DNA of 61,766 nucleotides, counting the filler. It is 3 parts of 3 records of this genome, joined end to end, with 100 filler letters (N's around TTAATTAATTAA, not from the genome) between each part and the next. Parts side by side here need not be neighbours in the genome. Positions count along the whole stretch, not along the records: positions 21,095 to 38,192 come from DRR723986_3994; positions 38,293 to 61,766 come from DRR723986_3998; 1 more part is not named here. The stretch is one strand, 5' to 3'. A program made the position numbers and the translations under genes. Position 1 is the first letter of the stretch; every line of letters begins with the position of its first letter. The notes below the pieces were generated by a model. The model was not told the DNA's origin and made no database searches. It worked only from the letters and a program-made list of their open reading frames with translations. Positions 36,403 to 46,359 of the stretch are shown here, in pieces.

Positions 36403-37904
36403 TGCACCCCAAGATTGCTATTGCAGGCTTTCAACATGAAACCAATACGTTCAATCCGAACCTCACCCCGGTGTCCGAGTTTGAACGCGCCGATGGATGG
36501 CCCCCCGCAACCCGTGGTCAGGACATTCTGGACGTGTTTGCCGATCTGAATATCGCAATTGGCGGCTTTATTCAGGACGGGCAGGATTTTGAACTTTGCC
36601 CAATCCTGTGGTGTGCCGCCGAACCCGCCGGGCTGGTCAGCGCAGAGGCCTTTGAGAAATACTGCGCGGAAATCTGTGAGGGGTTGAAAGAGCACGCGCC
36701 GCTGGATGGCGTGCTGCTGGATTTGCACGGGGCAATGGTTGCAGAGGGCTATTTTGACGGCGAACTTGAAATCCTGCGCCGCGTGCGCGCCGTGGTGGGG
36801 GACATTCCTGTCGTGGTGGCGCTCGACTTTCACGCAAACATCTCTCCGGCTTTTGTCGAACTTTGCGATGCGATTACGATCTATCGTGAATATCCGCACC
36901 TGGACATGAGACAGACGGGCGTACGGGCGGTGCGCCTAATGCGCCAGCGCCTCGCCCATGGCAAACCCTTCCCAAGGGCGTTTTTGCAGGTGCCTTACCT
37001 CGTTCCGCTTTCGGATCAGGCAACCGGCCAAGGGCCTTTTGCCGACATATTTACTGGGTTTGATGACCTGCCAGTGCCCGGTCTCATCAGCGCAGATGCG
37101 GCAGCCGGTTTCCCGGCCGCAGACATACCCAATTGCGGACCCTCCGTTTTGGCCTATTGTACCGATGAAACAGCGGCTCAACGAGCGACGGAAATCCTCC
37201 TTGATCGCTTTATCGCAGCCGAACGCGATTTGACCAACGGCTTGCTGTCAGAAAATCAGGCGATCCGAAAGGGCGCTGAAATGCTGCGGACCTCTGTACG
37301 CCCTGTGGTGCTGGCTGACGTCCAAGACAATCCCGGTGCAGGCGGTAGCAGCGATACCACAGGACTATTGCACGCCCTAATCGAGCAGGATCTTGCACCA
37401 GCTGTCATGGGTATTTTCGCAGATCCAGACTGCATTCAAAAAGCAAATTTAGTTGGGGATGGAAATCACTTTGTCCATGTGATTGGTCAAAACACCCCAA
37501 TTCCTGGGCTGAAACGGCGGAAGGTAACTTTCGAGGTAGTAAGTTTGTCAGAGGGTCCAATCGTCTGCACAGGCGAAATGTACAAGGGAATTGCCGTAGA
37601 CATTGGATGTACAGCATTGCTGAAGATTGTGGGGACTTCTCATGAGATATGTGTGGTTGTCTCTGAGCAACGGTTTCAGTGTCTTGATCGGGCGTTGCTT
37701 GAGCACTTTGGTTTGGATTTGAGCGAACCACGCCTTATAGTTGTAAAAAGCACAGCTCATTTTCGCGCGGATTTCGATCCGATTGCACGGGCCACGCTTT
37801 TGGTTGAATCACCTGGTCTTCACCCATGCCGTTTGGAGCAGGTACCCTATGAGAACCTACGTGAGAATTTGCGTTTGATCGAAGGAATCCTAAAACGCGA
37901 ATGA
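36399..37904 (+). CDS. M81-family (MlrC-like) metallopeptidase
   Basis: AGFQHETNTF, LDLHGAMV, DFHAN, YPHLD, DNPGAG, VVKSTAHFRADF. Confidence 0.92.
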   Translation: MMHPKIAIAGFQHETNTFNPNLTPVSEFERADGWPPATRGQDILDVFADLNIAIGGFIQDGQDFELCPILWCAAEPAGLVSAEAFEKYCAEICEGLKEHAPLDGVLLDLHGAMVAEGYFDGELEILRRVRAVVGDIPVVVALDFHANISPAFVELCDAITIYREYPHLDMRQTGVRAVRLMRQRLAHGKPFPRAFLQVPYLVPLSDQATGQGPFADIFTGFDDLPVPGLISADAAAGFPAADIPNCGPSVLAYCTDETAAQRATEILLDRFIAAERDLTNGLLSENQAIRKGAEMLRTSVRPVVLADVQDNPGAGGSSDTTGLLHALIEQDLAPAVMGIFADPDCIQKANLVGDGNHFVHVIGQNTPIPGLKRRKVTFEVVSLSEGPIVCTGEMYKGIAVDIGCTALLKIVGTSHEICVVVSEQRFQCLDRALLEHFGLDLSEPRLIVVKSTAHFRADFDPIARATLLVESPGLHPCRLEQVPYENLRENLRLIEGILKRE

Positions 37905-38165
37905 CTTGCATAGACGCGACGATGTTTTGCGGAATTACTGCGTAGTGCTTGAACGGCGGCTTTCAGGAAACCAATAGGTGGTTTCTGGAAGTGGCCGAAT
38001 GGGTTCTTTGGGTAGGGGGCTCGGAACAAGCAGACTTTTTGCCAAAAGTAAAAAAACTATTTTGATGTACCTGAAAACAGACCCATCTGATGTTCAACAG
38101 ATAGAGCGCCGACAGTGATTGGTGTTTCGCATCGCTGGTCAGAACTTGTGCTGATCGCAGGATAG

Positions 38166-38192
38166 TGGCGGAGAGACAGGGATTCGAACCCT
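38166..38192 (-). tRNA. 3' end of tRNA-Ser (T arm, acceptor stem, GCCA), truncated by contig end; may be the real gene or a further att copy
   Basis: Reverse complement AGGGTTCGAATCCCTGTCTCTCCGCCA. Confidence 0.7.
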
Positions 38193-38292
38193 NNNNNNNN
38201 NNNNNNNNNNNNNNNNNNNNNNNNNNNNNNNNNNNNTTAATTAATTAANNNNNNNNNNNNNNNNNNNNNNNNNNNNNNNNNNNNNNNNNNNN
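38193..38292. other. Artificial contig spacer
   Basis: N44-TTAATTAATTAA-N44. Confidence 0.97.
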
Positions 38293-38484
38293 CGTCACAC
38301 CCGCCGACGTCTACTTCGGCCGCGATAAAGCCATTCTAAAACAACGTGAAAGGATCAAGCAAAAGACACTCCAAACGCGACGCTTGCATCACAGACTGCA
38401 CGCCGCATAATCAAACCAAACAGATGAGCAAAACTCTCTCTTAGTTTAGGACGCCATTGGTTCCAAAAACCCTGACGACGGACA
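38293..38484 (+). mobile_element. Right end of an IS3-like element (transposase C-terminus plus terminal repeat)
   Basis: VTPADVYFGRDKAILKQRERIKQKTLQTRRLHHRLHAA* (stop 38410); ends CCTGACGACGGACA; sits at a contig break. Confidence 0.7.
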
Positions 38485-38541
38485 ATCTAAACCCTCCGAC
38501 TTCCTGTCAGACCCGCTTTAGCGCGAAAGAATCGTCTTATG

Positions 38542-38603
38542 ATCATACCCTCTGAAAAATGAAACGCAGCCGGGTCGGAGGCTCATTTTTCAGAAGGTAT
38601 GAT
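38542..38603 (+). other. IS200-type 5' hairpin covering the tnpA translation start region
   Basis: ATCATACCCTCTGAAAAATGA ... TCATTTTTCAGAAGGTATGAT, 21-bp arms with one mismatch. Confidence 0.75.
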
Positions 38604-38604
38604 T

Positions 38605-39020
38605 ATGCAAAATGACACTGGCAAGCACTGTGTTTTCTATCACCGCTATCATCTCGTTTGATCGACCAAATATCGCTACAAGGTGCTGACCGGTGCGCTG
38701 CGCTTGCGGGTGCGCGATATCTGCCGTCAGGTCTGCCGCGAGAACGAGGTCGACATCTTGCGCGGGGTGCTGTCGAGCGATCACGTCCACATGTTCGTGT
38801 CGGTGCCTCCAAAGCTCGCCATCTTGGATCTGGTGCGAAAGATGAAGGGCCGTTCGTGGTTCAAGGTGCAACGCGAGTTTTCTTCAATCTGCAAGCGTTA
38901 CTGGGGTTGCCGATTTTGGGGCAGAAGGTATTTTTCAACTACCAACGGCGTCAATACCGAAGACATCGTACTTCAGCACCAGGAACAGCACATCGCCGAT
39001 CCTACCGGCACCAGCTGGTT
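38605..39020 (+). pseudogene. tnpA: IS200/IS605 TnpA (Y1) pseudogene
   Basis: YHLV*STKYRYKVL with TGA at 38659; HUH motif DHVHM; KGRS; catalytic-Tyr region reads LQHQEQH. Confidence 0.85.
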
Positions 39021-39285
39021 TTTCGCCATTAGGGTAATCCGTTGTCATTCGCTGAAGAGAGATTGGTTTTGGTCAAGCAAAACTTTTATCCCAGAGGCAA
39101 AGGCATCCCATGGTCGACAGGGTTTTATGTTCATTGGCCTAAGCATGCTACCAGCACGACGCGACTATCATCAACGTGTCGTTTGCTATGGGACTTGAGA
39201 AAATATGACAGCAAACGTGTTGTTTGATCAGTGCTGCGCCTGCAGGTAGTGCAAAAAAAATAGGGTTCACAACGGGGGACAAGGA

Positions 39286-39711
39286 CTAATATTCTTCGTG
39301 GATCGTGGGATTCCAGTGGTCGACCCAATAATCACATTCATGTAAAAACACAGGAACCGCGACTATTCCGGATGAACCGACTAAGAGATCAACGACATCG
39401 AGCAGTGTTTTGTCCGCAAAGAAGGCTATTATTACTTCTCCGTTAAAGGTCTGATCGATTGTTTCAAGAGTCGATAGGGACAGCTTAGAACCTGACTGCA
39501 ATTGAATTGGCCTACCGCTGCTCAAATCCTTAGCATCGGAAACCCCGATGTGGTGAGCTAAAAATGTCTTATCTATTTCTCGTTTCGTGTGAACAAGCAA
39601 AACAATATTGGTGGGTTTTGCGCTTTGTTCCACGATTTTTTCTGCATAGGCCAGAGAAATTTGCCATGATTTAGCATCTTGCGTGTCACTTATGACAACT
39701 ATCCGCTGCAT
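39286..39711 (-). CDS. Hypothetical protein (141 aa)
   Basis: Open ATG frame with GAGG RBS and protein-like alpha/beta composition; family not recognised. Confidence 0.6.
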   Translation of the reverse strand: MQRIVVISDTQDAKSWQISLAYAEKIVEQSAKPTNIVLLVHTKREIDKTFLAHHIGVSDAKDLSSGRPIQLQSGSKLSLSTLETIDQTFNGEVIIAFFADKTLLDVVDLLVGSSGIVAVPVFLHECDYWVDHWNPTIHEEY

Positions 39712-40367
39712 AACTTACCTCTGTTTTGGGAAGAAGCCATTCTTCAGAGCGTGGTTGAAGTCACGATGACCTGGCTGTCTTATTTGATAACTAACATGAT
39801 CACCCTGTATCGAAAAATGTTACGATGCAAGACGATCATGTCTGGAAACGCCCTTTGTGTCTCAATAAATTGGTGGTAGACAATTCAGATTCAGTATGAA
39901 GTTCAATGTTTACTTACATTTGCGGTCAACATAGGAGTAATCATTCTCATTTGTGATGGCCGTCTGAGTGGGCGTGAACGGGGAGACGTAGTGAGTGTAA
40001 GTGTCATGATTTGAAGGCGAGTTGGTAACTGATTGTGATAACGTAAAATCCGTTGCAACGTTCCCCAAGGCGCAACTTCACTACCTCTTCTCTGGAGGCC
40101 ACAGAAGATCACTACTCTGTAGGTCATGATCTGCTGTGGCCTTCCCGAAGGTTGCTTAATCGCGGTAGTCTGATGGGTGGCAGGGACGTGGTGTTACGAA
40201 AGTGCAGATTCCGAGCGTGATGATCGACGAGATTGCGTGTTGATAGGCTTTGCCGCCTAGCTCTTGGCTGCCACGGCGAAGGGGAGGGCTATATACTCGT
40301 GGTGTTTGAATCTGAAGTAGCACTGTGTGTGGCTACGTCGGATAGCATTTTATCGAAATCTCTCCAT

Positions 40368-40410
40368 CAATTTTTTTGCGGTGCCGTAGGAACGCACCTT
40401 GTCAGTGATT
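40368..40410 (-). pseudogene. Possible IS6-family transposase scrap
   Basis: Translates ITDKVRSYGTAKK, resembling IS6 ITDKLRSYGAA. Confidence 0.4.
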
Positions 40411-40724
40411 AAAGCGCGTAGTTCGCGTCAATGCGTGTGGCTCTTGTCCTCGATTCGGATAATGACCCCGTAGAGATGTCCATTGTTGCCGACGCATGGA
40501 CGGTCAAGTTGGTTTCTGGGTCAAAACTAATGGTTTTAGGCAGAAGACCTTCGAGTTCATGTTGGCAGAATGCTAAGCGATGGTTTGCCTAGTTAGTATC
40601 GCTAGCGGGTTTCTCAAAAAAAGAGGAAATCGTAATCCAAGTAGAAGATCATCATGGCAACCGATTACAGGACGGGCAAGGTATTAGCAGTCTGACAAAG
40701 CCATCTGATCGCATCAGTAAACCC

Positions 40725-41621
40725 TTAGGGGATCAGAGCTACTCGGTCTAAAGATCTAATTTTCACCACATCTTCTTCATAAATGTCATTAAGTCTTTGG
40801 GCTGTTTCGGGCGAATGTAATTGAAATTTTTCCATTGTGCTCAATTGAGCCCGACCGAAAGATCCAAGGAGGTTTTTGGCATTTTCGCTGGGGTGATCTG
40901 TGCATTTTTTAATGGTTTCTAAAACTACTTCGGAAGGAGGTGTTACCCTTATTCTGTCTTTTAAAGCCTGTATCTTCCCTGGGTCAGCAAATTTAATAAT
41001 GCGAGAAATTGCGGCGGTGGGGTCAATGGAGTAATCTTCGTATCTCCAAATAGAAAAAACGTCGTCTGGATGTGATGCATTCAATAGTCTTTTGATTAAC
41101 TCATACCATGAAATACGACGAAGTAAAACTCCCCTCGTGAAGGCTTCTGGGGGGACGAACGTGAAATGCCGAATGTACTCTATGTATAGTGAGGGCAGAA
41201 ATGTGGAGGGGTTTCGAATAGAAAGGAAAAATTCCACTTTTTGCTGGTTTATTAGATCTCGCGTTCTTCTTAACCTATCTTCTGCCTGTGGATACAGTCC
41301 ATTTTTCCATATTGGGTTTTTTAGAACCAAAATGTTCTCATCGGAGAGTATTAATCGCTTGGCGTCGGGAGCATGATTATCCAACACATACTTGTATTTT
41401 GGTTTCACTTCGGAGATATCTTCCCCCCTGCTAACCGCGCGCTCCAGCGGACTCAATTCTCGTCTATATTTTGTGGTATCAAGGTAAGACACACCTAACT
41501 TGGTCATTTCTTCCTTATTCATCTCTAGAGATTTTTGGAGGTGAGTGCTTGCCGTTTTGTGAGCCCCTATGTGAAATGCGACTTCTTTACTGCGTGTATA
41601 GTGTTTGTGAGATTTAGCCAT
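40725..41621 (-). CDS. Sulfotransferase-like P-loop protein
   Basis: FHIGAHKTASTHLQ, LILSDENIL, IRNPSTFLPSLY, WRYEDY. Confidence 0.75.
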   Translation of the reverse strand: MAKSHKHYTRSKEVAFHIGAHKTASTHLQKSLEMNKEEMTKLGVSYLDTTKYRRELSPLERAVSRGEDISEVKPKYKYVLDNHAPDAKRLILSDENILVLKNPIWKNGLYPQAEDRLRRTRDLINQQKVEFFLSIRNPSTFLPSLYIEYIRHFTFVPPEAFTRGVLLRRISWYELIKRLLNASHPDDVFSIWRYEDYSIDPTAAISRIIKFADPGKIQALKDRIRVTPPSEVVLETIKKCTDHPSENAKNLLGSFGRAQLSTMEKFQLHSPETAQRLNDIYEEDVVKIRSLDRVALIP

Positions 41622-41790
41622 TTTAGCGCCGTCGAAGAAAGTTCGAGAGTGGGTGGTTGCCCCCCGCGGATTGCGAAGTAGGGGTGATTTTAACTTATCC
41701 ACTCGATTAGCTATGTTCAACCGCTACAGCATCGACGATTGGCTAAGTCTTGGTATCCGATAGGCTGCTAAATTTTGAGGGTGTGCCCTA

Positions 41791-42470
41791 GGTTTGGGAT
41801 CCACTGATTTTCACCTGATGGGGCGATAAGCGTACCTTTGCCGAGATGCTGATTGGCTTGGCGGCTGATCATGTTGAGGAAGAGACCGTCTTGCTTGACG
41901 CAACTTATCTTAAAGTGCATCGCACGGCGTCCAATCTGGGCGTCAACAAGAGGGGCGTGACCGCCTGATCATTGCCCGGTATGAAATTTTATGGGAAATG
42001 TCCCGAGAGGGAGGTCGAGCCGAGGTTGGTATAAGCACGAATCTACACGCCATCTGCAACGGTCAAGGGCGGCCTTTGAGCCTGTTTGTCACCGCTGGTC
42101 AAGTCTGCGATTGCATTGGCGCACGGGCGCTTGTTGGCAGTTTGCCAATGGTAGATTGGTTGCCTGGCGCTTCTCGAGATCATGCTTTGCATGAACCTGC
42201 CGGGCAGTGGATCGCGGCTATGACTCTGGTTGGTACGGGGAAAAGCTGTAAGACAAGGGGATACGCGCGTGGGTCCCGGCCCGGAAGCAACGCAAGACAA
42301 CAATCCGTTTCAACAAGCACCGAGGCGAATGCCACGATTGGATTGAAGCCATGTTTACCAGGTTGAAGGATTGGCGACGCGTGGCAACGCGATACGACAG
42401 GTGTCCGAGTCTTCCTCTCAGCAATCGCTCTCGCCGCTTTGATCATCTTTTGGCCGTGGTTCTTAAATCT
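41791..42470 (+). mobile_element. Decayed IS5-family (IS427 group) element
   Basis: DATYLKVHRTA, TNLHAIC, MFTRLKDWRRVATRYDRCP fragments in different frames; CTAG at both ends. Confidence 0.8.
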
Positions 42471-42886
42471 AGAAACAGGCCCCCCCCCCCCCAAAAAAAA
42501 ATACAGCCAGGCTTATCGTGTTTGCAACTTTGAGAGGTTTGCCCATTTCCGCCACGATAGTTAGGTGGATTTACTGATTGTAGTTTGTCCGTGTCCTGAG
42601 CTTTTACCCAGGACATGACAGTTTTGGATCGGTTAGTGCTTCTGGTTTGTTGAGTTTAATGATGTTATTGGTTTGATAAGTTTAGTGGATGGCTGCTCCC
42701 ATCTCGGTTACCACTACGTTATTGAGGAAAACAATTACTTAACAAAGCGGCATTCTGTGAGAGTAAACGATGGTTGGATTGACGCTGTTGATCACCTCAA
42801 GTGCATCGGATGCAGGGTCTTGCGCCTAGAAGATCCAAGGAAGAATACAGTTACCTGTTTAGGCTTGGAAGCCATACACCACCTGC

Positions 42887-43320
42887 TGAACTGCCCCTCC
42901 CAAAAAAGAATTCGTTCAACTTGACGTAGAGTTTGCTCAACCTTTCGAAGGAGCAAACAGGTGCGAAAGAGCGGATCTAGCGAAGCCCAGATTATTGGGG
43001 TGATCAAAGAGCAGGAAGCCGGGATGCCGACTGCTGAGGTGTGCCGCAAACACGGCCTCAGCCAAAGTGCGTTCTACAAGTTCAATTCAAAGTATGGCGG
43101 CGTGGAAGTGTCAGATGCGGCGAAATTGTGTGCTGGTACGGACGAGAATGCCAAGCTGAAGCGCTACCTGCAATGTGGGAACACGACTTCTCGCAGCGTC
43201 GGGCCTGCCGGCTTGTCGGTGTTGGCCCGAGGACCGTCCGACGTAAGCGCCCGCCGGACAATCCAGAGATACGCGCTGAGATGAAGGCGGTCGCGCACAA
43301 ACGTCGCTGGCTCGCGGGCT
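42887..43320 (+). mobile_element. Truncated IS3-family (IS407 group) element
   Basis: TGAACTGCCCC left end; orfA EAQIIGVIKEQEAGMPTAEVCRKHGLS; orfB start SQRRACRLVG. Confidence 0.85.
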
Positions 43321-44271
43321 CCGCGTACGACGCGCTTGCTCAAAGTGAAACCGAAGAATATGAAATCCAAACCTGCAAGCTTTCGTTATGAATGAGGGGT
43401 CTCGGGGGGGTATTGGCTGGATGGCGCCAAGCTAGCATGCTTTTCGCTAATTTTCTCCTCCTCCGTCAGCGTCATTGTGACCTGTGGCTCTGTCGGGTAC
43501 GGCTTGCATTTGGACCTTTTTGACCTGCTTCGTGCCATAGGCTGGCAGACAGGTAATCGCAGGCCACATTAATGTTGGCATTTGGGATCGGTAGCTTTTA
43601 GCTTGCTCTTCCTTCCTTGAATTGTGAAGCAAGGTCCTTGCAAGCAAGCAAGCGAAGTGGCAGCATCCACTTCGGCCCAACTAATTATATGAAACCTTGG
43701 AGTAAGCAGTGAAAACCCCGATTCAACAGGTCCGTCTGGAAGGAAGTGCCAACCATCGCTGGATCGTAGAGATCTTAGATGATATTCAACAATATGCCAA
43801 ATTGAACAATCTTCGTGAGCTTGACGGGGCGCTGACTGAAAGTCTGCGAGCCGCAAGGAGACTTGAAAACAACACCTAGTTGGTGTCGCTTCATTGCTTA
43901 GCTGTAGTGAAGGCAAGATGGACGGATAGGATGTGTTTCGGAAGGCCTTTTACTGCGACACGGATCCGAGGGGCCTTTGGGAGATACTGCAGCTGGTGTC
44001 GTTGAGGGCGTTTGCGGAATGCAATGGTTTTCGTTGTGTCAAGATTGCATAGGGGGCATGTGATCTGAACCAGAGCAATGCCTGAAAGCTCAATATCTAT
44101 CAGAAAAACACTCTGCATCATTTGTGCTCGCAATGGTGGTGGCGGTTTCATTAGAGACATGATCCATTTCATTGGCTCCTGCTCTCCAAATTCAACCTTG
44201 ACCGTGCTAACTGGCCAATGCCATATTTGGGGCGCAGAATTCAAAAAAAATGATGTGAGTTGAAAACCCGA

Positions 44272-45792
44272 ATGGAAGAGCCAACTTGGTCGGTTGTGAC
44301 AACATGCGCCGAGCCTCGCCTGTTGCTTGAGGCCTTTATTGAGTATCACTTAAATATCGGCGCTCAGGAAGTCTTTATTTTTTTGGATGATCCAACAGAT
44401 GGATTTTTTGACATTTTTTCCCAGATTCCTGGAGTTACTGCAATCAATTGTGACAGTAAGTTCTGGGCCGAGAGGAAGCCCAAAAAAGGAAGGCCCAAGG
44501 ATCATAGGCTTAGGCAAGTTCATAATGCCGAGTATGCCGCAAAAAAACTGTGTAAATCGGAGTGGCTGGCCCATATCGACGGCGATGAATTAATGTACCC
44601 TAGGGCCGTTTCATCTATCTCCCAAGCCTTGGCTAATGTTCCGGTAGATATTGATGCTGTGAGGGTGTTGCCCGCCGAGCGAATGTTTTTTGGCGAATAC
44701 ACCTCTACTACACCTTCATTTAAGGGCGTATATAAACTCCCTGGATGTAAAAAGGATATTGGATTTACGATTTATGATGACCTTGGGTATTTCTTCCCTG
44801 ATGGATTTCAGGGACATACGCAAGGCAAGAGTTTTAAGAGGTGCAAAAACCAGACAGCTCACTTTAATATACATTTCGTCAGAAAGGATGGGGAGAATAT
44901 CCCTGAGTATGTTGTGCCTGTTAGTGATGTAATCCTATTGCACGCATTTCCTTTATCGTACGAGGATTGGAAACATAAATATGAGCGCAGGATAGATAAC
45001 CATGACTATTTTTCTTCAGTCCCGAAGAAGGCACAACGGAGATTTGGTGTCTATAAATCAGTGAGGGAAGATGGTGGCGAAAAGAACTTGCTTGAATTAT
45101 TTTCCTTTCTATGCGTTTTTCCTGACGATCACGTTGCTCTTCTTGATGATGAGGAATGCTTCATGAGGATTGAAGAAGAACCGTATTCGATAGCCAGATC
45201 CCCCATGCTACGAAATGTCGTGGAACCGTATATTTCGTTGTTCAGTTCGAAAATGGAAGAAAATATTCCGGATAGCCGCCGAATATTTATTGATGGGCGA
45301 TGCTGCGCGAGAAATTATGACCTTGTACGGATGTTCGAAAATCATAATTTTAGCTATGCATTTTTTCCTGAAAAGAGCTATCTTCAGCTACTAAAGGATG
45401 GAAAATCCGATTTTCTTAATAAGCTAGGGGGGTATCAAGTCGTTGGAGCGGCTTTTACCGATAGCGAGTACTCGGTTTTGGGCGTTGAGAGGGTTGCGTC
45501 GCTATTCCCAAACAGTATCTATATTGCTCATAGTCGTGGATTAGGAGAGGTTTCCCAGCAGCGAAATCTAGAGGTTGGGGGAGATTCAATTAGAGGAGGG
45601 GAGCGCGAACCTTCTGCGACGTTTGGTGAAGGTTCCAGTGTGACCCTTCCGATGGTCGACGTTGGGGCGTTCCAATTCTCAGAAAACCCAAATATCAATA
45701 ACAATGTGCGTATCTTGAGTTATTGTGGTAAAATGACAAAACCCCACGTTTTCTTTTCGCGTCTAAATGAGATGATTGGAAGTGGTGGCTGA
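44272..45792 (+). CDS. Glycosyltransferase family 2-like protein with C-terminal extension
   Basis: FIEYHLNIGA...IFLDDP, RQVHN, WLAHIDGDE (DxD), GHTQGKSF, LLHA. Confidence 0.82.
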   Translation: MEEPTWSVVTTCAEPRLLLEAFIEYHLNIGAQEVFIFLDDPTDGFFDIFSQIPGVTAINCDSKFWAERKPKKGRPKDHRLRQVHNAEYAAKKLCKSEWLAHIDGDELMYPRAVSSISQALANVPVDIDAVRVLPAERMFFGEYTSTTPSFKGVYKLPGCKKDIGFTIYDDLGYFFPDGFQGHTQGKSFKRCKNQTAHFNIHFVRKDGENIPEYVVPVSDVILLHAFPLSYEDWKHKYERRIDNHDYFSSVPKKAQRRFGVYKSVREDGGEKNLLELFSFLCVFPDDHVALLDDEECFMRIEEEPYSIARSPMLRNVVEPYISLFSSKMEENIPDSRRIFIDGRCCARNYDLVRMFENHNFSYAFFPEKSYLQLLKDGKSDFLNKLGGYQVVGAAFTDSEYSVLGVERVASLFPNSIYIAHSRGLGEVSQQRNLEVGGDSIRGGEREPSATFGEGSSVTLPMVDVGAFQFSENPNINNNVRILSYCGKMTKPHVFFSRLNEMIGSGG

Positions 45793-46359
45793 GCTGTGTT
45801 GTGGGGCATTTCGATTTTGAGGTACGGTCCTTATTGGCGGATTTCATAAGTTTTCTTTCAATGTACGTGCGTTATAGGCGGTCTCTCACTTACCCTCTCT
45901 GATCGCATAGTGGTTGCGCCAAAAAAAGGCTATATTTATCAAGTTACGTCGCTGGCACAGTGTATTCAAGCTAGGTACAGACTCATCCGGCTCCAGCAAT
46001 TTCGGCGACGTTCTTCGCGTAAGTAAGTGTTCGTCGAAAGAGCAAACCATCCCGTTCCTTTAAGGTGGCTAGACTTGAGGTAGGGCATTGCCGAAGCTCT
46101 GTTGACGGCCATGGTTATCTTTCGATGGCGTTGTGCAAATAGTCATCGTGCCCGTCCGTTGAGGGCGCTCTGTTGTGATGCTTGGAAATTCTATAGTGTT
46201 GCCGTCGAGCTCCACAGAGCTACCCACAAGATGGGGCCGCACCTTTGCTGTCGGACCGTTCGCATAGGGGATAGCCTTTGCCAGTGACGACTTGCCCGAC
46301 ATTTTTGGGAAATTGTGCGCGCAGCGTATCTGTCCGGTTTGCCTGCTGGTGGAGAGTGC

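Larger units (their letters stand above)
25319..38192. mobile_element. Cassette B: integrase-less tRNA-Ser-targeted islet (peptide/amide uptake and catabolism)
   Basis: Bounded by tRNA-Ser 3'-half copies at 25261-25318 and 38166-38192; arms homologous to cassette A; no recombinase ORF. Confidence 0.72.

Noticed and set aside
36399-37904. Microcystin degradation cluster
   Set aside because: Only an M81-family gene; mlrA, mlrB and mlrD are absent and M81 proteins are widespread.
38293-39020. IS3/IS200 transposases as the mobiliser of the tRNA-Ser cassettes
   Set aside because: Across an artificial gap, broken, and not the enzyme class that duplicates tRNA 3' halves.
42480-42501. C13-A9 homopolymer as a phase-variation tract
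   Set aside because: Lies beside a dead IS end, not in a recognisable gene or promoter.
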